From Promethearchaeota archaeon (GTDB lineage: Archaea > Asgardarchaeota > Lokiarchaeia > Sigyniarchaeales > SOKP01), in contig JABCSY010000049.1 in the NCBI GenBank assembly GCA_018238625.1, positions 1 to 30,666 of the forward strand: a stretch of 30,666 nucleotides of DNA, given 5' to 3'. Positions 1 to 8,419 of this stretch are shown here, one piece after another. The position numbers and the translations under genes are program-made. How positions within the stretch are numbered: the first letter of the stretch is position 1; the number at the start of each line of letters is the position of its first letter. Under the pieces are notes generated by a model that was not told where the DNA came from, searched no databases, and was given only the letters and a program-made list of their open reading frames with translations.

Positions 1-29
1 CTTAAAAAAATGATCAATGGTAAAAAGTT

Positions 30-455
30 ATGGAAGAATCTGAGAAAGAAAACTTGTTTTTAACTTTTAAGGGCGTTGTCGAAAGTATAATCCTAGATAA
101 ACGTAGAAATCCAAAGAACAATAAAATGCTTGATAACTTTCGAGCAAAGTTAAACTTGGGGCTTCAAACTGAAGAGGATTTCTACTTATGGGTTAATCTT
201 ACCGCCGAAAATGGAAAATTCACCATTGGTAAAGGTAAATTGGAAGAGTACGATTTAGAGATAATGGCAACTCCAGAAGATTTGATGGGTTTTTCTAGCG
301 GCGAAAACTCAACGCTCAACATGATGTTGAAAAAGAATAATTACGGATTTAAAAAGTTAAGATATGATAAAAGCAGCGACGGAAAAAGAAATTTTGGTAT
401 ATTGTTAAAACTACCAAAAATCCTAGTCTTAGACAAGGTAAAAGCGCCAAAATAA
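30..455 (+). CDS. Hypothetical protein, probable SCP2/sterol-carrier-like fold
   Basis: 141-aa ORF. The pattern LTAENGKFTIGKGKLEEYDLEIMATPEDLMGF..GE resembles the SCP2 beta-strand / 'D..I....ED...l..Ge' signature. Confidence 0.5.
   Translation: MEESEKENLFLTFKGVVESIILDKRRNPKNNKMLDNFRAKLNLGLQTEEDFYLWVNLTAENGKFTIGKGKLEEYDLEIMATPEDLMGFSSGENSTLNMMLKKNNYGFKKLRYDKSSDGKRNFGILLKLPKILVLDKVKAPK
87..199 (+). repeat. 113-bp direct repeat, copy 1 (inside CDS 30..455)
   Basis: Ungapped match to 6193..6305 with 14 mismatches by manual alignment (~88% identity). Confidence 0.9.
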
Positions 456-669
456 GAAGAATTACTACGAATTATTATTTTTTTTATCTAATTTCTATTA
501 AAAGTTAAAAAATTTGTATACTAAAATTACTTCTTCATTGCTAAAAACATAATTCTCTATTTAAATGAATGTTAAATAAATTATTTAAATTCTCATACAA
601 AAAACTTAACATTTAATCGATAGAGAGAGATTTCTAATTAAATAAAAAAAAATTTTAGAATTTATTATT

Positions 670-759
670 TTAGTATTTCTTCCTTATCTGTTTTCTTATT
701 TCCAGGAGAGAAATTATTGAAATCACGCTAATTAGGAAAATTATATTATATCCAGGAAT
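670..759 (-). other. Loki-CTERM-type C-terminal sorting signal
   Basis: IPGYNIIFLISVISIISLLEIRKQIRKKY: IPG-aromatic motif, TM helix and basic tail. Confidence 0.75.
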
Positions 760-3700
760 TCCAGGGGGAACTGTTTCTGGTAAATCTTCTGGGACTTTTA
801 CAACAATCTTTATAATTCCAGAACAATAGTTATCATAAGGGTCGTATGCCCGCAACTCTAACCAATAAGTCCCAGGATTTAGTATTGTAGTATTTGTTAA
901 TACACCATTGCTATCAATATTGAAATTGGAAGTGTCATTAATCCAATATAAGGTAATACCAGTTAAATCGGAAGCATCCAAGTCGTAATTCAAAGCATCT
1001 CCAAACTCAAGGACTCGATCGATTGGCGTAACATCCCATGTTGGGTCTGTTGTATCTTGTACAGTAATTTTGATTGCAGCTGTGCAATAATAACCATAGG
1101 AATCATAAGCTCGCACTTCTAACCAGTAAACACCTACAGGAACTTGACCAATATTAGTAATTACACCGTTAGTGTCATTAATGGTAAAGTATGTCGTATC
1201 GTTTAACCACCAATCATCTATATTAGAAAGATCAGAAGCATCCAAGTCGTAATTCAAAGCATCTCCAAACTCAAGGTCTTGATCCATTGGCGTAACATCC
1301 CATATTGGGTCTGTTGTATCTTCTACAGTAATCTTAATAGTAGCAGTACAATAATTGTCAGAGGGATCATAAGCTCGAACTTCTACCATATAATCTCCTA
1401 TTGCTAATGCCCCAATATTAGTAATTATCCCATTACTATCAATATTAAAGTTACTTGAATCATTTATCCAATAGTAGTCTATTCCAGAAAGATCGGAGGC
1501 GTCCACATCGTAACTAAACGGATCGCCAAATTCAACCGTCTGGTCGGTCAGCGGCGTATCCCAGGTCGGAGCTGTGGTATCCCCAACGGTAATCGTAATG
1601 GTTGCGGTGCAATAGTGACCGTAATGATCGTAGGCTCTTATTTCAAGCGAGTAATCGCCTACAGACAAAGCTACAGCGTTAGTGATCAAGCCATTACCAT
1701 CGACATTGAAGTTAATCTCATCGTCGATCCAATAGTAGTCTATTCCAGAAAGATCGGAGGCGTCCACATCGTAACTTAGTCCATCTCCAAGCTCGATTAC
1801 TTGATCATCTGGTGGGAAGACCCAAGTTGGAGCTGTTGTATCTTCAACAGTAATTTCAATAATTGCGCTACAATAATTATCATATGGATCATAGGCTCGT
1901 ACTTCTAACGAATAATCTCCAATAGGTAAGGTAATTAAATTGAAAATAGCACCATTTATAGTGATATTAAAATTAAATGTATCGTTAATCCACCAATGAT
2001 CAATTCCCGAAAGATCTGAAGCATTTAAATCGTATAATAATCCTTCACCATATTCAACTACTTGATCAATAGGTATTTGATCCCATGTAGGGGATGTGGT
2101 ATCTTGCACAGTAACTTTAATAAAGAAAGTCACTTGTTTACCTTGAGAATTTGAGCCGTCCCAGATAATCTCATCGAATCCATCACCATCTATATCCCGA
2201 ACATTTAGACGAGGATTAATATCTGTATAAACATCATTTAACTGCAAAATAATTGAACTTTCAAATGAAAGGGATGTTTTACTCCATAGATATAAATTTA
2301 TTTTATCTTCCCAATATCTGTTCGTACTGCTTTGGGGACCAAAACTAATATATCTAGCATATGGATCATTAGGTGATATTTTACCTGTTCCAAATTGATA
2401 AGGTGCATGCCCAGATTGGAGAGTTAGTTTTTTATAGGAAAAGCTTGATGTTGAGGTATTATAAAAGATAATATATCGATAATTATCCACCCATGTATGA
2501 GAATTTCCGACAATTAAATCCTCAATCCCATCTCCATTTAAATCTTCATGGTCATCAAAGTTAGATAAAAAGGTAGTATCTCGCTCAAAATTATATTGAA
2601 TCATTTGAGTATAACCTTGACTAGAATCATCAAAAATTCGAACGTAACCATCTAATCCACTATTATAACCCCATCCACAAGCAATTTCATCATATCCATC
2701 TCCATCAATATCGATAAGGGTTGCATATGCCCACCCATCCCATCCTTGACCAGCATCAAAAGAATGTAATTCCTTAAATGTAGTGCCATTAAATGATATT
2801 AGTCTTCTTCTTTGCGTAGGACTTCCATAATAAGGTCCGTTATCCGCGTAAACTAGTTCTTCTTTCCCATCGTTGTCTATGTCACCAAAACAAATCATTC
2901 CTCGATCATCATAACCAGTTACCCATATATTTTCAAGATTGAGTGTTTTTTCTTCCCAACTGAAATTGTAAAAATAATAATCATAGTTAGTCGTGGGTCT
3001 TCCTACTAATTCATTTATTCCATCTCCATCATAATCTCCGAATTCATAAACTGCGATGGAAATATTTGTATAAAATTCATAGTCATTCGCGATAAGTGAG
3101 TATATTGAAGTTATATAATTGGGCATACTTCTAATTAGCTCTAATTTTCCATCATCATTAAGATCAATAAAATAATGAGGTCTCATTCCATCAATAGCTT
3201 CATTTTCCCAAATTATAGTAAAATTTACTAGCTCTCCAACAGTAAACGACCAAGTTGCAGATTGAGTAGTATCTTGTCCATCATCGGCAATTGCATACCA
3301 TTGATAAGTTATGTCTTCAGAAAGTCCTAACCATGAAATTGAGGCAGTTCCGCCACTGGAAACACCTGTATCAGTTCCAATTAAAGTATCAGAACTATCA
3401 TAAAAGTAGACATCCATCATATCTCCATCGGGATCGGACACATCTACGCTTAATATTGGATTAGTAGAAACTCCAGTAGCGTTATCCGAAGGGTTAGGAT
3501 TTGTAGGTGCATTAGGAGCAGTACTTGTAACAATAGTAGTAAATGACCACGTTGGAGAGGTAGTAGTATCTATACCATCGTCAACAACAACATACCAGGA
3601 ATATATAGTACCTTCAGATAAAGAAGACCATGTTATTGATGCAGTTCCACTACCAGAAATACCGGAATGTATTCCAATCAAGCTATCATCGGAATCATCG

Positions 3701-6045
3701 TAAAAAGACACATCCATTGTATTTCCATCGGGATCGAATACGTCCACGCTTAATATGGGATTGACAGACACTCCAGTAGCATCATCCGCAGGAAGGGGGT
3801 TAGTAGGTGCGTTAGGAGCAGTATTAAATCCTTCAATAGATATTTGGCAAAGTCCATATCCCTCTACAGCCCGGATTGACCAGTAATAAATACCGTTTTC
3901 AGAAGGTGTAAATGTCAACGATTCATCAGTGTCCAAACCACTGTTTATACTTGACATAGAAATAACTGGCCTACCCGTAGCTGAATCGTAATCATCATCA
4001 TAAATTACGAGATCAAAATCTCCAGTTGAGGGAACATCAATGGAAAAATCATAAGAAAATCCTATATCCGCATTAAACGAAAAAAGAAGAACTTTTGGAT
4101 CTTTTGCATAGGAACCGGATCGTCGGTCAAGATAAAATGGTTCATTTACCAAATTACCTGTTGTAGGATGAGTTATGGCTTGAATTACTGCATCCGCCCG
4201 TACCATCCCATAACCCTCCACATTATCTCTTCCTATTCTATTTAAAGAGGGGTTCTGTGGAATCCCATCTCCGTCGCCATCAAATGTTTCTCCCGCATCG
4301 ACTTCCCAAGTCCCCATACATATTAATTGTTTTACTCTTAAAGCATTGGCTTGTGACCAAGTCCAACTTCCCTCAGTTTGAATTATTGCGTCAATTGCAA
4401 GTTGAGCAAGTCCTGCAATATGTGGACATGACATAGAGGTTCCCTGCATCGATAAATAATCGTTAGGACTAGGATCAGCTAAGGCACAATATTTTTCTCC
4501 ATAATTAGAATCAGCTGCAATTATACCATTATAGGGAGAGCTAGAGCCAGATGTAGCATAAGTTCCACCAGGTGCAATAACATCAGGTTTATAATAAGTA
4601 TTATCTCCATTTGAACTATAATAAACTACTTCAAAAGCATCATTAACGGATCCTACTGTGATACACTTTTGTGCTGTACCCGGACTACCAATTGTAGTGA
4701 CAGTTCCACCATTACCGGCAGATGTAACGCAAATAAATCCTTCATCAACAAGGTTATTAACCGCAGTATCTACCGTCGGAACAACACTACCGCCAAAGCC
4801 TAATGACATTGAGACTGTTGTAATGTTATAAGCAGGATTTTTGCCATTATTTGAAATCCAAGTGAATGCATCTAGGAGCATTTGGCCAGTACCACCACCA
4901 ATATCACGCAATACTTTTAAACTAACAATATTACTTTGTGGAGCTATGCCTGTGAATACTGGCGCGTTTGTGGGCTCATCATCTAACATATAATCATATT
5001 CATATTGAATTTGAACGGAATAATCTTTCCCTACCGCTCCTGCAGAATGAGCTGAGCAATACGCTCTATACCAACCAGGTTCCATTTTTCCCATATTTTT
5101 AATAACTGGAGACGAAGAGCTTACTGCATAAGTTCCAACCAGAACATTATCCATAGTGGTTACTCCTAGACGGACAGAACCACCGCCACTATTATCCCAA
5201 GTCATTGTTAATATTGTATCAGGATTGCCAGAATTGTGTTTAATTTCGAATCTATGAGAGGTAAAATATGATCCTGTAGTACTAGGAAAATGGTAGGAGT
5301 AGGTTTGTTTAACCGTCTCTGGATTGATATCTCCTGATCCCGTACCAGCTGCAATTGAAGCACAGTGAGTTCCGTGATGGCCATTATCATATCCTGTACT
5401 TCCACTTGGATATCCATCATCTGTGAAATCTTGAAAATAGAGAAAATTTGTCATATCTGAATGGGTTGAATCAACGCCTGTATCTAAAATCGCAATAGAA
5501 TAGTGAGGACTTCCTTTAATTGTTGGAATTGCGTCCCATACATATGAAGATCCTCTTGCACCCATATTTACGGTGCTCGTATCGAGATGAGCGGTGCTAT
5601 AATATTCTTTTTGAATAAATGTTACTTCATTATCAGCAGCGACAATACTAACCATATCAACAGGCAGAATTGCGTAAACAGCATAGATTAATTCATCGTA
5701 GATAGTTTCAATTTCTGCACCGTATCCACGAAATTTCTCGATTAGAGCATTATCAGGTTTTTTATTAACACAAATGCTAACCTTTACTTTTTCTCCATTT
5801 TCACGTAAAGCATTAGGTGAATCGGTTTCTATTTTAGCTTTTCCATTAATTAACGCCGACAGTTCGTCATCTATCTTATCGCCATCCGCATCAACAATAG
5901 AACTCGGACGAACTACTTTCGGATCAGAAAATGTTGGGAGAACATTATCAGAACTATAGATAGGTAGTGTGAAATAATTTAGCCCCAGAATTGTAGTAAA
6001 TATTAAAAAGATTATTGTAATACCATAGTATTTAGTTTTTGTCAT
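670..6045 (-). CDS. Large membrane-anchored S8 (subtilisin-like) serine protease with PPC-like, FN3-like, FG-GAP/VCBS and Ig-like repeats and a Loki-CTERM-type tail
   Basis: N-terminal signal/TM; catalytic triad motifs AILDTG, HHGTHCA and QGTSMSCP; oxyanion motif SAGN; DxDGDGxxE repeats; C-terminal IPGYN-TM-RKQIRKK. ATG at 6045 follows a TGTGA RBS-like motif (the ORF track starts at GTG 6057). Confidence 0.9.
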   Translation of the reverse strand: MTKTKYYGITIIFLIFTTILGLNYFTLPIYSSDNVLPTFSDPKVVRPSSIVDADGDKIDDELSALINGKAKIETDSPNALRENGEKVKVSICVNKKPDNALIEKFRGYGAEIETIYDELIYAVYAILPVDMVSIVAADNEVTFIQKEYYSTAHLDTSTVNMGARGSSYVWDAIPTIKGSPHYSIAILDTGVDSTHSDMTNFLYFQDFTDDGYPSGSTGYDNGHHGTHCASIAAGTGSGDINPETVKQTYSYHFPSTTGSYFTSHRFEIKHNSGNPDTILTMTWDNSGGGSVRLGVTTMDNVLVGTYAVSSSSPVIKNMGKMEPGWYRAYCSAHSAGAVGKDYSVQIQYEYDYMLDDEPTNAPVFTGIAPQSNIVSLKVLRDIGGGTGQMLLDAFTWISNNGKNPAYNITTVSMSLGFGGSVVPTVDTAVNNLVDEGFICVTSAGNGGTVTTIGSPGTAQKCITVGSVNDAFEVVYYSSNGDNTYYKPDVIAPGGTYATSGSSSPYNGIIAADSNYGEKYCALADPSPNDYLSMQGTSMSCPHIAGLAQLAIDAIIQTEGSWTWSQANALRVKQLICMGTWEVDAGETFDGDGDGIPQNPSLNRIGRDNVEGYGMVRADAVIQAITHPTTGNLVNEPFYLDRRSGSYAKDPKVLLFSFNADIGFSYDFSIDVPSTGDFDLVIYDDDYDSATGRPVISMSSINSGLDTDESLTFTPSENGIYYWSIRAVEGYGLCQISIEGFNTAPNAPTNPLPADDATGVSVNPILSVDVFDPDGNTMDVSFYDDSDDSLIGIHSGISGSGTASITWSSLSEGTIYSWYVVVDDGIDTTTSPTWSFTTIVTSTAPNAPTNPNPSDNATGVSTNPILSVDVSDPDGDMMDVYFYDSSDTLIGTDTGVSSGGTASISWLGLSEDITYQWYAIADDGQDTTQSATWSFTVGELVNFTIIWENEAIDGMRPHYFIDLNDDGKLELIRSMPNYITSIYSLIANDYEFYTNISIAVYEFGDYDGDGINELVGRPTTNYDYYFYNFSWEEKTLNLENIWVTGYDDRGMICFGDIDNDGKEELVYADNGPYYGSPTQRRRLISFNGTTFKELHSFDAGQGWDGWAYATLIDIDGDGYDEIACGWGYNSGLDGYVRIFDDSSQGYTQMIQYNFERDTTFLSNFDDHEDLNGDGIEDLIVGNSHTWVDNYRYIIFYNTSTSSFSYKKLTLQSGHAPYQFGTGKISPNDPYARYISFGPQSSTNRYWEDKINLYLWSKTSLSFESSIILQLNDVYTDINPRLNVRDIDGDGFDEIIWDGSNSQGKQVTFFIKVTVQDTTSPTWDQIPIDQVVEYGEGLLYDLNASDLSGIDHWWINDTFNFNITINGAIFNLITLPIGDYSLEVRAYDPYDNYCSAIIEITVEDTTAPTWVFPPDDQVIELGDGLSYDVDASDLSGIDYYWIDDEINFNVDGNGLITNAVALSVGDYSLEIRAYDHYGHYCTATITITVGDTTAPTWDTPLTDQTVEFGDPFSYDVDASDLSGIDYYWINDSSNFNIDSNGIITNIGALAIGDYMVEVRAYDPSDNYCTATIKITVEDTTDPIWDVTPMDQDLEFGDALNYDLDASDLSNIDDWWLNDTTYFTINDTNGVITNIGQVPVGVYWLEVRAYDSYGYYCTAAIKITVQDTTDPTWDVTPIDRVLEFGDALNYDLDASDLTGITLYWINDTSNFNIDSNGVLTNTTILNPGTYWLELRAYDPYDNYCSGIIKIVVKVPEDLPETVPPGIPGYNIIFLISVISIISLLEIRKQIRKKY
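795..2103 (-). repeat. Five tandem ~87-aa (261-264 nt) Ig-like repeats
   Basis: Recurring unit DTTxPxW…DASDLSGI…W I/L ND…EVRAYD…YC. Identical DNA blocks at 1466-1515/1727-1776 and 971-1012/1235-1276. Confidence 0.9.
3240..3822 (-). repeat. Two tandem ~100-aa FN3/Ig-like repeats
   Basis: TAPNAPTNP.P.D.ATGVS.NPILSVDV.DPDG…WY…DDG.DTT.S.TWSFT occurs twice, offset 300 nt. Confidence 0.85.
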
Positions 6046-6192
6046 ATTTGAATTCACATTTTTTTTATTTGTTTTGATTCAATTTTATTTTTTATTTAGA
6101 TTTTCTAATTCTATAATACTTTTTTATTTAAATGCATTAGGGTTAATTTTTTTTCGAGACATTTTTAAATTATTATTCTGTTTATTTTAAAC

Positions 6193-6305
6193 ATAATCTT
6201 AGATAAACGCAGAAATCCAAAGAATAATATAACGCTTGATAATTTTCAAGCAAAGTTAAACATGGGGCTTCAAATTGAAGAAGGTCTTTACTTATGGGTA
6301 AATCT
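6193..6305 (+). pseudogene. Gene remnant: partial diverged copy of CDS 30..455
   Basis: Translates to IILDKRRNPKNNITLDNFQAKLNMGLQIEEGLYLWVNL versus IILDKRRNPKNNKMLDNFRAKLNLGLQTEEDFYLWVNL. There is no ATG start upstream (in-frame TAA at 6166) and homology is lost on both sides. Confidence 0.85.
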
Positions 6306-6319
6306 AATTTCTTTAATTC

Positions 6320-6946
6320 TTAATATTTATGTCGAATTTTGTTGTTTTCAAAAACAAAATAGGATTTTAAATCCTTAAGTTTCGCAGCTCTTATATCGTA
6401 CTGATATAAAACCACATTAATCTCCCCTGTTTTTTCAATTACACTTAAAGTAATAAACGAAGGATTACCGCTTGCTACAAAAGACCATGCTCCAGTAACG
6501 CTACCGGGATTCAACAGTAAGATATCTTTCTGAAGAAAAATCTCTTCTTTATGCGTATGTCCAGATATTAAAATGTTAAAACTTTTTTCGATAGCAATCA
6601 ACTCAAGTTGAGAACGATCTCCCCTAGGGGATACTTGATGGCCATGAGTTAACCCAACTATTAAATTATCGTTGTTTCCTATAGATATATTTAAACTTTG
6701 ATAGACTGGAGCATCTCGATTTCCCCCGTAATAATCCATATTTCCAATTACAACAAATAAATTTCTCTTTGTAATTAAGTTTAAAAAATTCATGAATTTT
6801 GGAGCATTTACTACATCGCCAGTAAAAAAAGCGTAATCAAATTTTTCAATTTCAATTAATTGCTCTAACTTTTTGATAATTTGATCTGGAACGCTCTTAG
6901 CCCTTCGAGGTAAGTGAGAATCTCCAATTGCTAATATTTTTATCAT
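6320..6946 (-). CDS. Vps29/YfcE (MJ0936)-family metallophosphoesterase
   Basis: Motifs GDSH, TGD, GNMD, THGHQVSPRGD, ILISGHTH and LNPGSVTGAW. Confidence 0.88.
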   Translation of the reverse strand: MIKILAIGDSHLPRRAKSVPDQIIKKLEQLIEIEKFDYAFFTGDVVNAPKFMNFLNLITKRNLFVVIGNMDYYGGNRDAPVYQSLNISIGNNDNLIVGLTHGHQVSPRGDRSQLELIAIEKSFNILISGHTHKEEIFLQKDILLLNPGSVTGAWSFVASGNPSFITLSVIEKTGEINVVLYQYDIRAAKLKDLKSYFVFENNKIRHKY

Positions 6947-7032
6947 AATTAGCTAGCTTGTAGTTTATTATTTAATAAAATAAAAAGATTTCAATAGATA
7001 AGACAATTTGAAAAAAAAATAAAACTCTAAAT

Positions 7033-8169
7033 TTATCTTGTTATTATTAACTCTTCTAAATCTTTTTTCATTTTTTGGATGCTCGGTTGCTCGAAATGTT
7101 TACGGACAGGTTCTAGTATGTCAACAATCTTGTTTGCAACTCCGATTTTCAGATCAAGTGGATGTAGACTTTTTGCTAAAAATGCGCTTTCTAACTCGTC
7201 ATACGAGATAAATTCTATATCTCCACCGAATTTTGGTTTTCTCTCTATCTGAATGCTTGAATTTTTATTTCTGAAAATAACAAATTTAGCCCAATCTAAA
7301 ATTGGATTTATAATAACATTCCCTTCCGGACAAAATGCAGATTTTACCAAATTTTTGATCTTATCAGGAGTATCACTTACAAATACTGCTGAATCTTTTA
7401 CTGATTTACTCATTTTCATATCCGACCACATTTCTTGAAGTTGTGCGGGATCTTCAATAGGCCAGATAGATGGTTTTTTCAATCCAAGTATTAAATGATG
7501 GTGAACGCAGATTGGTTTTATCTTTTCTCCAGAAACATCCATAAGGTTATTTTTTTTCATTCTTAGAGCAACATCTCTAGCAATAACATGCGCTTTTCGC
7601 TGATCATAACCAGCATGAGCTAAATTAACATTTTGTATGAATATGTCGGCTACCTGCATTGCAGGATAGAGTAATTTGGCAAAATCAACGCTTTCACCTA
7701 ACTTTCGCCCCATTATAGTGATGCTTCTATGCATTCTGTTAAGCGTGGTGTTTTTACATACGTCAATAAATGTTTCCCAATAATCATCGTTATTATGATA
7801 AAGATCTGTACCAAGAGTAAACTTAACTTTCTCTGGATCTGCTCCAACGGCTTTCAAGCATGCTTTTAAGCCTTCTTTAAAATATCCAACCGCTACTTTC
7901 TGGATTTGTTCTCGATCTCCACCTAATTTATCGTTTATCCAACTATGCCAATCAGCTAGGAATATTGTGCAATTAGCTCCAGCATCAAGAAAATCCTTGA
8001 TTTTTGACATACAAACGATTCCTGTTCCTAAGTGAACCTTTCCGGAGATTTCAAATCCAATATAGTGATTTAAAGGAATACCTGTTTCTAAATAAAGTCT
8101 TAAATCGTCATCAGTTAATATTTCTTCAGTTCCTCTTTTAATTAAATCAAATCTTTCTGCTACATCCAT
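7033..8169 (-). CDS. tyrS: Tyrosine--tRNA ligase, archaeal type
   Basis: YIGFEISGKVHLG (HIGH), ADWHSWINDK, LYPAMQVADI, GYDQRKAH, KMSKS and LHPLDLK. Confidence 0.95.
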   Translation of the reverse strand: MDVAERFDLIKRGTEEILTDDDLRLYLETGIPLNHYIGFEISGKVHLGTGIVCMSKIKDFLDAGANCTIFLADWHSWINDKLGGDREQIQKVAVGYFKEGLKACLKAVGADPEKVKFTLGTDLYHNNDDYWETFIDVCKNTTLNRMHRSITIMGRKLGESVDFAKLLYPAMQVADIFIQNVNLAHAGYDQRKAHVIARDVALRMKKNNLMDVSGEKIKPICVHHHLILGLKKPSIWPIEDPAQLQEMWSDMKMSKSVKDSAVFVSDTPDKIKNLVKSAFCPEGNVIINPILDWAKFVIFRNKNSSIQIERKPKFGGDIEFISYDELESAFLAKSLHPLDLKIGVANKIVDILEPVRKHFEQPSIQKMKKDLEELIITR

Positions 8170-8419
8170 ATATATAAATAAAATTATAAGGTTTAATTAT
8201 TTTATTACTGAGACTAAAAAGTATGATAAAATAAGGAATAATAAATCAATGTTTACTAATTTTTCCTTAGATTATAGATATTGTTGAATTCTCCCAAGAT
8301 TGTTTTAATTGGTACATCGCTTTTGCTAATTTAATACAAATTTGAATGTTTTCAGTTTAATTTTAAAAGAAATAGTAAATAGTAAAAAAAAGAAATGTAA
8401 TCTAATAGTATAAAATGGT

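Noticed and set aside
482-548. Weak similarity to 27241-27308 (…AATTA(T)CTTCTTCA..CTAAAAA), both downstream of CTERM genes
   Set aside because: The alignment is gapped and very AT-rich, so it cannot be distinguished from chance by eye.
795-2103. CRISPR-like periodic repeats
   Set aside because: The period is about 261 nt, in-frame and protein-coding, with no unique spacers and no cas genes.
8170-8419. Tyr-rich leader upstream of tyrS, analogous to the phe leader
   Set aside because: The only ATG ORF seen on the minus strand (MYQLKQSWENSTISII) has one Tyr and no convincing stems.
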